Of a DNA stretch of 64,000 nucleotides, positions 48,934 through 59,334 are shown one piece after another. A program made the position numbers and the translations under genes. This DNA comes from a virus, in IMG/VR virus record IMGVR_UViG_3300023180_000036, positions 1 through 64,000 of that record. One strand, written 5' to 3'. Under the pieces are notes generated by a model that was not told the origin of the DNA, did not search any database, and was given only the letters and a program-made list of their open reading frames with translations. Position 1 is the first letter of the stretch. Every line of letters starts with the position of its first letter.

Positions 48934-48952
48934 AGATTCGGGTAGCTGTAAA
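48924..48952 (-). promoter_or_regulatory. Leftward early promoter
   Basis: Minus strand GTTTACA-17 nt-TATAAT. Confidence 0.75.
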
Positions 48953-48986
48953 CAAAAAAATATTGCAATTTTAAATAAATTAGTTG

Positions 48987-49015
48987 TTTACAGCCATCTT
49001 GTATTAGTTTATAAT
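48987..49015 (+). promoter_or_regulatory. Early promoter for gp55
   Basis: GTTTACA-17 nt-TATAAT. Confidence 0.8.
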
Positions 49016-49038
49016 ATATAGGTAAAAGGTTTATATTT

Positions 49039-49635
49039 ATGGTAAAGAAAACAAAAAACGTACACTATATTAATAATTCAGAATTTTCTCTGGCTATTGT
49101 TGATTATGTTAAAAAAGTTACTGTGGCAAAGGAAAGCAATGAAACTTTGCCTGTTGTCCCAGATTATATAGCTAAAAGCTTTTTACAAATTGCTGAAAAT
49201 TTATCCCATAAATCCAATTTTATTAGATATACATATCGTGAAGAAATGGTAATGGATGCAGTTGAAAACTGTTTAAAAGCAATAGAAAATTATGATATAA
49301 ATGCAACAACAAGATCAGGTAAACCAAATGCTTTTGCTTATTTCACTCAAATTATATGGTATGCTTTTTTACGAAGAATTACAAAAGAAAAGAAACAACA
49401 AGATATTAAAGAAAAATATTTAGCACAATCAGGAATTGATGCTTTCCTAGTAACAGAACTTGGTACAACAGACCCATCATCTCAAGTGGCTAATCACTTT
49501 ATAGATACATTAAAAGATAGAATTGATAAAGTAAAAGCTTATGATACAGAAATTAAAACCTTTTCAAAGAAAATAAAAAATAAAAAGAAAAGAGCAATTA
49601 ATGTAGACTCTGATTTATCGGATTTTTTGGAATAA
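49039..49635 (+). CDS. gp55: Late sigma factor
   Basis: HYINN, YTYREEMVMD and NAFAYFTQI..AFLRRI.KEK. Confidence 0.95.
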   Translation: MVKKTKNVHYINNSEFSLAIVDYVKKVTVAKESNETLPVVPDYIAKSFLQIAENLSHKSNFIRYTYREEMVMDAVENCLKAIENYDINATTRSGKPNAFAYFTQIIWYAFLRRITKEKKQQDIKEKYLAQSGIDAFLVTELGTTDPSSQVANHFIDTLKDRIDKVKAYDTEIKTFSKKIKNKKKRAINVDSDLSDFLE

Positions 49636-49642
49636 TATATAA

Positions 49643-50704
49643 ATGAAAATAGCAGTATTAAATGATACTCATTGCGGTATCAGGAATAGTTCTGATGTGT
49701 TTTTAAATAATGCAGCAGATTTTTATGAAAACATCTTTTTCCCATATTGTAAAGAAAATGATATTAAGCAAATTATTCATCTTGGTGATTATTATGATCA
49801 TCGTAAATTTGTTAATTTTAGGGCGTTAAATCATAATAGGAAACATTTTTTATCACATCTACGTGATTATGGTATGACTATGGATATTATACCTGGTAAT
49901 CATGATACCTATTATAAAAATACAAACGATTTAAATAGCCTAAAAGAACTACTCGGCCATTTTATGAACGAAATTAATATTATTATGGACCCACGTGTTC
50001 TTGAATACGGCTCACTTAAAATTGCAATGTTACCCTGGATTACCCAAGAGAATTATGATAAATCTATGGAATTTATTAAAAACTGTAAAGCTGATTGGCT
50101 GGGCGGGCATCTTGAATTAACAGGATTTGATCTTATGAGAGGAGTTGTAAATAAACATGGTATGGATCACTCTGTTTTTTCAAGATTTGAAAAAGTTTTA
50201 TCTGGTCATTTCCATACTAAATCACATAAAGATAATGTAATTTATTTAGGAACACAAATGGAATTTTTCTGGTCAGATGCTCATGATCCTAAATATTTTC
50301 ATGTAATAGATACCGAAACAAGAGAAATGGAAGCTATTAGAAATCCATATACTTTATTTGAAAAAATAATATATGATGATTCAAAAAGGAATTATTCAGA
50401 ATATAATGTAGATCATTTAGATTATAAATTTGTAAAAATAGTTGTAATTAATAAATCTGACCTCTTTACATTTGACCGTTTTATTGATAGAATACAAAAT
50501 AGAAAGATTCATGAATTAAAAATTGCAGAAAACTTTAATGAGTTTATCGGAGAAAATGTTGAAGATGAAAATATCTCTTTAGAGGACACCGAAATGCTAT
50601 TAGATAGTTATGTTGATGCAGTTGAAACTGATCTTGATAAAGATAAAATAAAAGTAAATATGAGAAAACTTTTAACAGAAGCACAGTCTATGGAAATAGT
50701 TTAA
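49643..50704 (+). CDS. gp47: Mre11/SbcD-like nuclease
   Basis: DTHCG, LGDYYD, GNHD and SGHFH. Confidence 0.95.
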   Translation: MKIAVLNDTHCGIRNSSDVFLNNAADFYENIFFPYCKENDIKQIIHLGDYYDHRKFVNFRALNHNRKHFLSHLRDYGMTMDIIPGNHDTYYKNTNDLNSLKELLGHFMNEINIIMDPRVLEYGSLKIAMLPWITQENYDKSMEFIKNCKADWLGGHLELTGFDLMRGVVNKHGMDHSVFSRFEKVLSGHFHTKSHKDNVIYLGTQMEFFWSDAHDPKYFHVIDTETREMEAIRNPYTLFEKIIYDDSKRNYSEYNVDHLDYKFVKIVVINKSDLFTFDRFIDRIQNRKIHELKIAENFNEFIGENVEDENISLEDTEMLLDSYVDAVETDLDKDKIKVNMRKLLTEAQSMEIV

Positions 50705-50817
50705 TGCCAAAACGTGAAAAGATAAGCTGTTTATCAAAGAAATGGGAAAAAGCTTTTAAGAAAGCTGCCAAGAAAAAAGATAGACAAAAATCTAAAAAAG
50801 AAATAAGGCAGAGATAA
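50704..50817 (+). CDS. 37-aa highly basic peptide
   Basis: TAATG overlaps at both ends; 17 of 37 residues are K or R. Confidence 0.55.
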   Translation: MPKREKISCLSKKWEKAFKKAAKKKDRQKSKKEIRQR

Positions 50818-52535
50818 TGATTATTTTTAAATCTATTCGATATAAAAACTTTTTATCGACAGGTAATAATTGGACAAATATTAGTCTTAATAAATCAAAA
50901 TCCACTCTTATAGTAGGGCAGAATGGTGCCGGAAAGTCAACAATTCTTGATGCTCTTTCTTTTGCTTTGTTTGGCAAGCCTCATCGTAATATTAATAAAC
51001 CACAATTGGTTAATACAATTAATAATAAAGATAGTATTGTAGAAGTAGAATTTATTATAGGAAAGTCTATTTTTAAAGTTGTTCGTGGTATTAAACCGCA
51101 AATATTTGAAATATGGAAAAATGGTGAGATGATTAATCAATCTTCTCATGCCAAGGAGTACCAGAAGATCCTTGAACAAAACATTATTAAGCTTAATCAT
51201 AAAAGCTTTCATCAAATTGTTGTGCTTGGTTCCTCTTCCTTTATTCCTTTCATGCAACTCCCTGCACAACATAGGAGAGATGTAATTGAGGATCTTCTGG
51301 ACATTAATGTTTTTTCAAAGATGAACATTCTCATAAAAGAAAAAAATAGTATTTTAAAAGAAAAGTTAAAAGATAATTCATATCAATTAGATATATTAAA
51401 TAACAAACTAGAATCTCAGAGAAAATATATCAGAGATATAACTCAAATAAATGAGGATGAGATTAATGATAAAAAAGAAAAAATATCCGAAGTACAAAAG
51501 AACATCGAAGGATTACACCATTCAAATGCCGAATTTTCGAGTTTTATTCAAGACTCTGCCGAAAACACAAGAGATGCACTTAAAGAAGCCAATGATGAGA
51601 AACAGTCCATTCTGCACGATAAGGCTACTGCGACATCAACCATTAAGTCAATTGTTAAAGAATCGAAATTTTATGAAAAGAATGATAACTGCCCGACGTG
51701 TTCGCAAGTCATAGATCCAGAACTTAAATCAAAAAAGATTGAAGAGTGTAAACATAATGCACTTGATATCAAAAAACAGATGGATTTACTTGAAGAAAAA
51801 AATAAAGAATTAACAGAAAGATTGGAATATTGGAATATACAAACAGAAAAAATTCGTGATTTTCAATCTAAGATAAATGGTAATAATCAAACCATAGAAT
51901 CTTTACTTTCTCAAATACAAAGTTTAAATAAGGATATTGAAAGATTAAGTTCCAGAGAAGGCGATATAGGTGAAGCCAACGAAGAACTTAATAATATGAT
52001 TGAAGAAAGAAATAATTTAATGGAATTTAAATTAGAACTTAATGAAGAATATTCTTATAATAATGTTATGGCAGAAATGCTTAAAGATACGGGTATTAAA
52101 ACTAAAGTCATTAAACAATACATACCTGTTATCAATAAACTCGTGAATCAATATCTTCAAGTTCTTGATTTCTTTGTTCATTTTAATTTAGATGAAAGTT
52201 TCCAAGAAACTATTAGATCCCGTCATAGAGATGCTTTTTCATATGATTCTTTTTCTGAAGGAGAAAAACAAAGAATAGATCTTGCATTATTATTTACTTG
52301 GCGCATGATAGCCAAAATGAAAAATTCTGTAGCCACTAATTTACTTATATTAGATGAAACTTTTGATTCATCTTTAGATCATGATGGTGTAGATAATCTT
52401 ATGAAAATCCTACATACTCTTGATGATGATACAAATGTTTTTGTTATATCTCATAAAGGAGAAATACTTGATGGAAAATTTGAAGAAAAGCTGGAGTTTA
52501 GAAAAGAGAAAAACTTCAGTAAGATGGTGGCATAA
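50817..52535 (+). CDS. gp46: Rad50/SbcC-like ATPase
   Basis: GQNGAGKS, CPTC hook, FSEGE and LDETFD. Confidence 0.96.
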   Translation: MIIFKSIRYKNFLSTGNNWTNISLNKSKSTLIVGQNGAGKSTILDALSFALFGKPHRNINKPQLVNTINNKDSIVEVEFIIGKSIFKVVRGIKPQIFEIWKNGEMINQSSHAKEYQKILEQNIIKLNHKSFHQIVVLGSSSFIPFMQLPAQHRRDVIEDLLDINVFSKMNILIKEKNSILKEKLKDNSYQLDILNNKLESQRKYIRDITQINEDEINDKKEKISEVQKNIEGLHHSNAEFSSFIQDSAENTRDALKEANDEKQSILHDKATATSTIKSIVKESKFYEKNDNCPTCSQVIDPELKSKKIEECKHNALDIKKQMDLLEEKNKELTERLEYWNIQTEKIRDFQSKINGNNQTIESLLSQIQSLNKDIERLSSREGDIGEANEELNNMIEERNNLMEFKLELNEEYSYNNVMAEMLKDTGIKTKVIKQYIPVINKLVNQYLQVLDFFVHFNLDESFQETIRSRHRDAFSYDSFSEGEKQRIDLALLFTWRMIAKMKNSVATNLLILDETFDSSLDHDGVDNLMKILHTLDDDTNVFVISHKGEILDGKFEEKLEFRKEKNFSKMVA

Positions 52536-53734
52536 TGCCAAATATTGAAATAACAACCAAACCTACAGGTAGAAGCCCAGAAAATAAATATTTTTTAGGA
52601 GAAAAAACAAAACATCTTGATTTAACTAGACCCAAATATAATAAAATTGGAAATTTAGAAGATTATGAAGTAATGCGTATGAGAATGGATCTTATGGACT
52701 ATTCTCACAATCTTGTATTTTATACTGCCGGTTTATGTTTTCGTGTAGAAACTAATGATGATAGACACGCACAGTTTGTTCGTAATATGTTTCCAGTAGT
52801 AGATAATCCTTTACAATACACTGCCGATTGGACAATTATTCATAATACGGAAATGGTAGTTGATAAACCATATATCTATGTTAATTTAGATGAACATGTT
52901 ATGTTAATTTGTGGTACTACATTTTTAGGAGAAATTAAAAAAGGTATCTTTGGTATTATTAGTTTTGAATTACCAGAAAAAGATATTCTACCTATGCATT
53001 GTAGTGCATTTACATATAATGATACAACTAATCTTATGTTTGGATTAAGTGGTACTGGTAAAACCACATTAAGTAGTGATCCAGAATATAAACTAATTAG
53101 TGATGATGAAGTTTACTGGGATGATACTGGCATTCATATGGTAGAAACGGGCTGCTATGCTAAAAGTGAAGGTCTGACTCCAGAAACTCATCATACTATT
53201 TTTTATGCTGTTGAAGATGCTAGAAAAAAAGAATGTTTAGTAATAGAAAATCCTGGTGTATCAAATGCTAGATTAAGTTATCCTATAACTTCTGTTGAAA
53301 ATGCATATTATAGTAATGAAGATTTTGGTCACCCAGATAATATATTTTTCTTAACTATGGATGCAACTGGTACCTTTCCACCAGTATCTAAGATTGATGA
53401 TAAGGCAGTAAAGCGTTTCTTTGAAACGGGTTATACCAGTCAAATGCCAGGTACTGAAGCAGGATCTGAAGAAATAAAACCATTATTTAGCCCATGCTAT
53501 GGATCACCATTTATGCCGAGAGCAGTAAAAGAGTATAGTGATTTATTAATGAAAAAGGTTCGGAAACACGAATGTAATGTTTATTTAATCAACACTGGTA
53601 TGGATACTAATGGTAATAGATATGCTTTAGATTTTACTCGTAAAACAGTAAAGACTGCAATAGATATAGGTTATAGTATTAATAATGATATACCTAATAT
53701 GTTAGAAAAATTAATTGATAGATATGGAAAATAA
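52535..53734 (+). CDS. pckA: Phosphoenolpyruvate carboxykinase (ATP), shortened
   Basis: TGRSP, GEIKKGIF, MHCSA, FGLSGTGKTTLS, SDDE, GCYAK and FSPCYG.PF. Confidence 0.9.
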   Translation: MPNIEITTKPTGRSPENKYFLGEKTKHLDLTRPKYNKIGNLEDYEVMRMRMDLMDYSHNLVFYTAGLCFRVETNDDRHAQFVRNMFPVVDNPLQYTADWTIIHNTEMVVDKPYIYVNLDEHVMLICGTTFLGEIKKGIFGIISFELPEKDILPMHCSAFTYNDTTNLMFGLSGTGKTTLSSDPEYKLISDDEVYWDDTGIHMVETGCYAKSEGLTPETHHTIFYAVEDARKKECLVIENPGVSNARLSYPITSVENAYYSNEDFGHPDNIFFLTMDATGTFPPVSKIDDKAVKRFFETGYTSQMPGTEAGSEEIKPLFSPCYGSPFMPRAVKEYSDLLMKKVRKHECNVYLINTGMDTNGNRYALDFTRKTVKTAIDIGYSINNDIPNMLEKLIDRYGK

Positions 53735-53737
53735 TTG

Positions 53738-53766
53738 TTTACTATATTAGAAAAATATGATATAAT
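53738..53766 (+). promoter_or_regulatory. Early promoter
   Basis: GTTTACT-17 nt-TATAAT. Confidence 0.75.
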
Positions 53767-53799
53767 TAGCTATGTTTTATGAAATGGAGAAAAATTATA

Positions 53800-54474
53800 A
53801 TGGAACTTAGTGAATCAACACTTTCGGTGTTAAAGAATTATGCTTCAATAAATTCAAATTTAGTTATTAATGAAGGCAATACACTTCAAACTATCTCTGA
53901 AGCAAAAAATATTCTTTCTAAGGCTGAAATTAAGGAAACCTTTCCAAGAACATTTGGTATTTATGATCTAAATGAATTTTTGGGTGTCCTTGGTTTGGTA
54001 GATTCGCCACGGCTTAATTTTGAACAAGATTATGTTATTATTGGAGATTCTACTGGAAGATCAAAGATAAAATATTTTTATTCTGATACTGAAATATTAA
54101 CTTCTCCTTCAAAAGAAGTAAAAATGCCAGATACAGATATAAGGTTTACTCTTGACGGAGATACTTTAAATAAAGTAAAAAGAGCAGCATCTGCTCTTGG
54201 TCATGGTGAATTACATGTGAGACCTAGTGGATCAAGTGTAAGTTTAGTTGTTACATCAGGTGAAAATGCTACTGCAAATAGTTTTTCTATTGATGTGGAA
54301 GGTAGTTCTAACACTGATAAATACAATTTTATTTTTAATATTTCTAATTTAAAAATTGATCAAGGAGATTATGAAGTAGAAATTTCTTCAAAACTAATTT
54401 CTAAATTTACTAAAAGTACTGGTGATCTTATGTACTGGATTGCCCTTGAAAAGACATCAACATACGGAGAATAA
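53800..54474 (+). CDS. gp45: Sliding clamp
   Basis: LKNYASIN, FGIYDLNEFL and YWIALE. Confidence 0.95.
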   Translation: MELSESTLSVLKNYASINSNLVINEGNTLQTISEAKNILSKAEIKETFPRTFGIYDLNEFLGVLGLVDSPRLNFEQDYVIIGDSTGRSKIKYFYSDTEILTSPSKEVKMPDTDIRFTLDGDTLNKVKRAASALGHGELHVRPSGSSVSLVVTSGENATANSFSIDVEGSSNTDKYNFIFNISNLKIDQGDYEVEISSKLISKFTKSTGDLMYWIALEKTSTYGE

Positions 54475-54477
54475 TAA

Positions 54478-54678
54478 ATGTCTGATAAAGAAGATCAAAA
54501 ACGAGCAATGGAACTTTTGAATCAAATTGCCCGTAGTTCAATTGCTATTATTGATACTATTACACAACGTGGCGGTTTTCGTGGAGAAGAATTGTCTACT
54601 ATTGGTAACCTACGTGACCAGTGTACACAAGGTGTGCAAGTTGTAGAAAATTGGAAACAAGAACAAGCCGAAGATTAA
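54478..54678 (+). CDS. Hypothetical protein
   Basis: RGGFRGEEL..IG motif. Confidence 0.6.
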   Translation: MSDKEDQKRAMELLNQIARSSIAIIDTITQRGGFRGEELSTIGNLRDQCTQGVQVVENWKQEQAED

Positions 54679-54700
54679 TATTTAAGGATATTATTATATT

Positions 54701-55639
54701 ATGAACAGTGATTTTTTGTGGGTAGAAAAATATCGCCCAGCAACTATTGAAGATACTATCCTAACACCTAATCTAAAAACTATTTTTCAAAATATTATCA
54801 AGTCCGGTGAATTGCCTAATATGCTTTTTTCTGGGACTGCCGGTCTTGGTAAAACAACTGTAGCTAAAGCATTATGTAATGAATTAGAACTTGATTACAT
54901 TTTAGTTAACGGTTCAGAAGAAGGCAATATTGATACTCTTAGAACTAAGATAAAACAATTTGCTTCTTCTGTTTCCCTGCAAGGCGGGTATAAAGTAGTC
55001 ATTCTCGATGAGGCTGATTATTTGAACCCCCAGAGCACCCAACCTGCTTTGCGGGGATTCATAGAAGAATTTTCAAATAATTGTAGATTTATTCTTACTT
55101 GTAATTTTAAGAATAGAATTATTGAACCACTTCATTCGAGATGTTCTGTTTATGAGTTTAATACATCTAAAAAAGATATGGCCCCTTTGGCTGCTCAAAT
55201 GCTATCTCGACTTCAAACCATTTTAAAGAAAGAAAATGTAGAATTTGAAAATAAAATTTTAGCTGAGCTCATTATGAAATATGGTCCAGATTGGAGACGT
55301 ATTCTAAATGAAGTCCAAAGATATTCCATTGGTGGAAAAATTGATTCTGGTATTCTTATCAATATTGGCGATCAATCTTATAAGAGTCTTATGGATTTTC
55401 TTAAGAATAAAGACTTTAAGAAAATGCGATCATGGGTTGTAAATAATATTGATACAGATGCATCATCAATCTTCCGTGGTATATATGATAGAATGACAGA
55501 TCATATAAAGCCACAATCTATACCAGCACTTGTTCTTATCTTAGCTGATTATCAATATAAAAATGCTTTTGTTGCAGATCACGAATTAAACGTAGTAGCC
55601 TGTATGACTGAAATAATGGCTAACGTGGAGTTTACATAG
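54701..55639 (+). CDS. gp44: Clamp loader ATPase subunit
   Basis: [19 protein letters not shown] and SRC. Confidence 0.96.
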   Translation: MNSDFLWVEKYRPATIEDTILTPNLKTIFQNIIKSGELPNMLFSGTAGLGKTTVAKALCNELELDYILVNGSEEGNIDTLRTKIKQFASSVSLQGGYKVVILDEADYLNPQSTQPALRGFIEEFSNNCRFILTCNFKNRIIEPLHSRCSVYEFNTSKKDMAPLAAQMLSRLQTILKKENVEFENKILAELIMKYGPDWRRILNEVQRYSIGGKIDSGILINIGDQSYKSLMDFLKNKDFKKMRSWVVNNIDTDASSIFRGIYDRMTDHIKPQSIPALVLILADYQYKNAFVADHELNVVACMTEIMANVEFT

Positions 55640-55640
55640 A

Positions 55641-56789
55641 ATGATTTTGGATAATGAATTAAAACTTGATTATAGTGATGTTTTAATTAGACCTAAAAGA
55701 AGCACACTCGGATCACGTAAAGAAGTAGATTTAAATAGAAAGTTTACTTTTGCTAATTTGGGTGGGGCTAGAGAAAGTTCATATGATTATGATGGTGTTC
55801 CTATCATGGCAGCTAATATGGACGGTGTTGGTACTATGGAAATGGCTGATGAATTAAGTGAGCATTATAATATGTTTACTTGTCTTGTTAAGACATATAG
55901 CGCCGAAGAACTTATAGATTTTTTTAATCCAAGAGTTGACTTACGAACAGAATTTGTTGCCATGAGTATTGGCATTACAAAAGCTGACAAAGAAAAGCTT
56001 GCTCAAGTTTATAACAAAACTCAAAGAAATCTGAAATATCTTTGTGTGGATGTGGCAAACGGATATAGTGAGCGTTTTGTGCAGTTTATTAAGTTTCTTA
56101 GAGAACATTATCCTTTTCTTGTAATTATTGCAGGTAATGTAGTTACTGCAGATCAAACACAGGAGTTAATCTTAAATGGCGCTGATATTGTTAAAGTTGG
56201 TATTGGTCCTGGTAGCGTATGCACTACTAGGATACAGACTGGAGTGGGATATCCGCAACTTAGTGCGGTTATCGAATGTGCAGACGCAGCACATGGATTG
56301 GGTGGCCATATCATTGCTGATGGTGGTTGTACTTGTCCTGGTGATGTTGCTAAAGCCTTTGCTGCTGGTGCCGACTTTGTAATGCTAGGCGGTATGCTTG
56401 CAGGACACGATGAAGGCGGCGGTGAAATAATTACTAAGTACTATCAAAGCAACGAACTAAGACCAGAACGTGATGATGGAATGAATGGAGAAATTCCTGA
56501 AAAAAATTGGTTTGAAGAAGTTATTAAAGAAAAGAAATTTGTTCAATTTTATGGTATGAGTAGTAAAGCTGCAAATGATAAACATTTTGGTGGTTTAAAG
56601 GAATATCGATCATCTGAAGGAAGAGAAGTTTTAATTCCATATCGTGGATCAGTTAAAAACACCACTCAAGATATATTGGGTGGTATTCGATCTACATGTA
56701 CATATGTAGGAGCAAGAAAATTAAAACAGCTAAGTAAGTGTACTACCTTTGTAAGATGTACAAATCAATTTAATAAAGTGTATGCTTAG
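55641..56789 (+). CDS. guaC: GMP reductase
   Basis: [37 protein letters not shown] and YRSSEG. Confidence 0.93.
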   Translation: MILDNELKLDYSDVLIRPKRSTLGSRKEVDLNRKFTFANLGGARESSYDYDGVPIMAANMDGVGTMEMADELSEHYNMFTCLVKTYSAEELIDFFNPRVDLRTEFVAMSIGITKADKEKLAQVYNKTQRNLKYLCVDVANGYSERFVQFIKFLREHYPFLVIIAGNVVTADQTQELILNGADIVKVGIGPGSVCTTRIQTGVGYPQLSAVIECADAAHGLGGHIIADGGCTCPGDVAKAFAAGADFVMLGGMLAGHDEGGGEIITKYYQSNELRPERDDGMNGEIPEKNWFEEVIKEKKFVQFYGMSSKAANDKHFGGLKEYRSSEGREVLIPYRGSVKNTTQDILGGIRSTCTYVGARKLKQLSKCTTFVRCTNQFNKVYA

Positions 56790-56791
56790 TA

Positions 56792-56820
56792 TTTACTTTT
56801 CTTTAAATATAGGTTATAAT
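56792..56820 (+). promoter_or_regulatory. Early promoter abutting the next start codon (possibly leaderless mRNA)
   Basis: TTTACT-17 nt-TATAAT. Confidence 0.6.
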
Positions 56821-56821
56821 A

Positions 56822-57037
56822 ATGAGTGAGTTTACATCATCATATCAATCTCTTAAAGGCAGTTTACTCAGAACTTTAGTTTATACTATTGGGCATTTTT
56901 TTATTGCAATAACCTGTCTTATGCTTATATCAGATGTACCTCTTTGGATAGCAGCTACAGACGCTGTAGTAGAACCTCTTGCAAATGCAGTATGGTTTTA
57001 TTTTTTAGATAGATTGTGGATAGCAAAGAATGACTGA
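56822..57037 (+). CDS. DUF2061-like small membrane protein
   Basis: RTLVYT.GHF..A and VEPLAN.VWFYFLDRLW. Confidence 0.65.
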   Translation: MSEFTSSYQSLKGSLLRTLVYTIGHFFIAITCLMLISDVPLWIAATDAVVEPLANAVWFYFLDRLWIAKND

Positions 57038-57140
57038 AATTATTTTATATAACATATTATTCTGGGTACCATATTATTGGATTTGTGCCCTACCTCAACG
57101 TATATTTCAAAAACAAATAGATGAGACTATAAATGACTAA
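57030..57140 (+). CDS. 36-aa hydrophobic peptide
   Basis: ORF overlapping both neighbours. Confidence 0.4.
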   Translation: MTEIILYNILFWVPYYWICALPQRIFQKQIDETIND

Positions 57141-57720
57141 TTCTTTAATATTTGACTTTGAAACATTATCTACAGATAGATATAATGGTGTAGTTGTTTC
57201 TTTAGCAATTCTTAAATTTTCAGAAGATAATTTTACAATTAATACTGGTTATACTTTTTCTGAATTAGTTAATTCTGCAAAACTTTTAAAGTTTGATGTT
57301 CAAGACCAAGTTAAAAACTATAATAGGGTAATAGATAAAAAAACTTTGGAATGGTGGAATGAACAAGGAACTGAAGCAAAGAAACAGATAATTCCATCAG
57401 ACAGAGATAAATCAATTAATGAACTTTATGACTTTTTTATATCAGTATCCGACAATAATACTGATAAAGTATATACAAGAGGTAATAATTTTGATCCTAT
57501 TATATTTGAAAATATTATGGACCAATTACATAAACCACAACCATATAGATTTTGGCAATTAAGAGATACCAGATCAATTATAGAAGGTCTATCTTGGGGC
57601 AGCGGATTAAGAAATAATTTTATACCTGAGGGATGTGAAGATTTTATTCATCATAATCCTATTCATGATATTGCTATAGATGTTATGAGAATACAAGCTT
57701 TAGTGAGGGCTATTTCGTGA
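57133..57720 (+). CDS. dexA: DexA-like 3'-5' exonuclease
   Basis: FDFETL, RGNNFD, RDTRS and HNPIHD. Confidence 0.85.
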   Translation: MTNSLIFDFETLSTDRYNGVVVSLAILKFSEDNFTINTGYTFSELVNSAKLLKFDVQDQVKNYNRVIDKKTLEWWNEQGTEAKKQIIPSDRDKSINELYDFFISVSDNNTDKVYTRGNNFDPIIFENIMDQLHKPQPYRFWQLRDTRSIIEGLSWGSGLRNNFIPEGCEDFIHHNPIHDIAIDVMRIQALVRAIS

Positions 57721-58097
57721 ATCACTTTGATTATTTAAATAGTATTAATTATTCTAAAGAAAATATAATGAAAGATAATTTGGATGAAAAAGCATATAAT
57801 TCATTCATGGTTAATCGTGGATTATCTTATTTTAATGATACTGTTATATATGCCAATGAAATGAATATGAATGCTCATATAGATTCAAAAATGCAATATG
57901 ACTTCCTTAGAACTCTCATTAGAAAACGTAAAAGATTTTCTAAATGGACCAAAGAGGATAAAAACTTAGATGTTGACTTAATAAAAGAATATTACGGATA
58001 TTCTAAAGAAAAAGCATATCAAGTGCTTCCTTTACTTACAAAAGAACAAATGGATTATATTAGTAAGAAGATGAGTAAAGGTGGCAAAAAACCGTAA
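57717..58097 (+). CDS. gp62: Clamp loader small subunit
   Basis: YNSFMVNRGLS, RKRKRFSKW and EYYGYS. Confidence 0.93.
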   Translation: MNHFDYLNSINYSKENIMKDNLDEKAYNSFMVNRGLSYFNDTVIYANEMNMNAHIDSKMQYDFLRTLIRKRKRFSKWTKEDKNLDVDLIKEYYGYSKEKAYQVLPLLTKEQMDYISKKMSKGGKKP

Positions 58098-58163
58098 ATA
58101 TAAGTTATTATAAATAGAAATATCATGATATAACTATAATAATAATTTACGTGAGTTGAAGAT

Positions 58164-58580
58164 ATGAATGAAGTCAATAATGAATTAGTGAAATGGACTC
58201 CAGAAACTATGCTGGAAGTTTCTCTAAATGAACCTGATGATTTTTTAAAGGTCAGAGAAACACTCACCCGTATAGGGGTTGCATCTCGAAAAGAAAAAAA
58301 ACTATTTCAGTCTTGTCATATATTACATAAACAAGGCAGATACTTTATAGTTCATTTTAAAGAACTATTTTTATTAGATGGTAAAAAATCTAATTTAGAA
58401 GAAGGCGATATTGCTAGAAGAAATACGATCGCTACTCTTATGTCAGACTGGGGCTTAGTAACAATTCAAGAAGAAAGTAAAGCGCAGCCTTTATCCCCAT
58501 TAAGACAAATTAAAATTATCCCATTTAAAGATAAACAAGAATGGGAGCTATGTCCAAAATATAATATTGGAAGAAAATAG
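58164..58580 (+). CDS. regA: Translational repressor RegA
   Basis: DDFLKVRETLTRIG and CHILHKQGRYFIVHFKELF. Confidence 0.96.
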   Translation: MNEVNNELVKWTPETMLEVSLNEPDDFLKVRETLTRIGVASRKEKKLFQSCHILHKQGRYFIVHFKELFLLDGKKSNLEEGDIARRNTIATLMSDWGLVTIQEESKAQPLSPLRQIKIIPFKDKQEWELCPKYNIGRK

Positions 58581-58622
58581 AATATCAGCTATTCATTAAA
58601 GTAATAGCTTATTTTTATAAAT

Positions 58623-58685
58623 AATAGTGGATGCCAGAAATGGGTCCACTATTAATTCTTGCTTGACAAAAAGGAGAAAACAATG
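58623..58685 (+). promoter_or_regulatory. ROSE-like RNA thermometer leader of hsp20 (late promoter at 58616)
   Basis: Hairpin AATAGTGGA/TCCACTATT, then TCTTGCTT pairing with the SD AAGGAGA. Confidence 0.6.
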
Positions 58686-59156
58686 ACAGGCATACAAACA
58701 CTTTTTCCACGTTCATCTTTTGTTGGTTTTGATCATCTATTTAATGAGTTAGAATACACAGCTAAACATTCAAAAGATCATTACCCCCCACATAATATTA
58801 TTAAAACAGATGAAAACGATTATTTAATCGAGCTTGCTGTTGCAGGGTTTTCCAAAGATGAACTAACAGTTGAAGTTAAAGATAGAACTTTAACAGTAAC
58901 AGGAGAACACGAATCAAGAGGTCGTGAGTTTATACATCGTGGTATTAGCACGAAAAAGTTTAAGCGCACGTTCCGGCTGTCAGAGCACGTACACGTACAC
59001 GGAGCAGATATTCAGGACGGTATTCTTGCAATAGAATTGAAGTACGTCGTTCCTGAAGAAATGCGTCCTCGTAAAATTACAATTGGAAAATTTAACGAGG
59101 TCGAACATGACACAAGCAGTACTGGTAGCGCACAGCTACTTAACGAAAACAGCTGA
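58683..59156 (+). CDS. Small heat-shock protein (IbpA/Hsp20)
   Basis: YPPHNI, IELAVAGF, HRGIS..F.R.F.L and DGILAI. Confidence 0.95.
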   Translation: MTGIQTLFPRSSFVGFDHLFNELEYTAKHSKDHYPPHNIIKTDENDYLIELAVAGFSKDELTVEVKDRTLTVTGEHESRGREFIHRGISTKKFKRTFRLSEHVHVHGADIQDGILAIELKYVVPEEMRPRKITIGKFNEVEHDTSSTGSAQLLNENS

Positions 59157-59334
59157 ACTGTTAATTGAGTTCTTTAAATCATTAAAACAAGCACGTAAAC
59201 TAAACAAACTACAGCGCCAAACATACAACGAATTGATGGCTTTGTCTGATAAGGATTTAAACGATATCGGAATCCATAGAGGTGATATTAGATATATCGC
59301 TTATCAGAATCAAAACCTGAAAGGGTGGGTATAA
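59107..59334 (+). CDS. DUF1127 (YjiS-like) small protein
   Basis: TYNELMALSDKDLNDIGIHRGDI. Confidence 0.85.
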   Translation: MTQAVLVAHSYLTKTAELLIEFFKSLKQARKLNKLQRQTYNELMALSDKDLNDIGIHRGDIRYIAYQNQNLKGWV

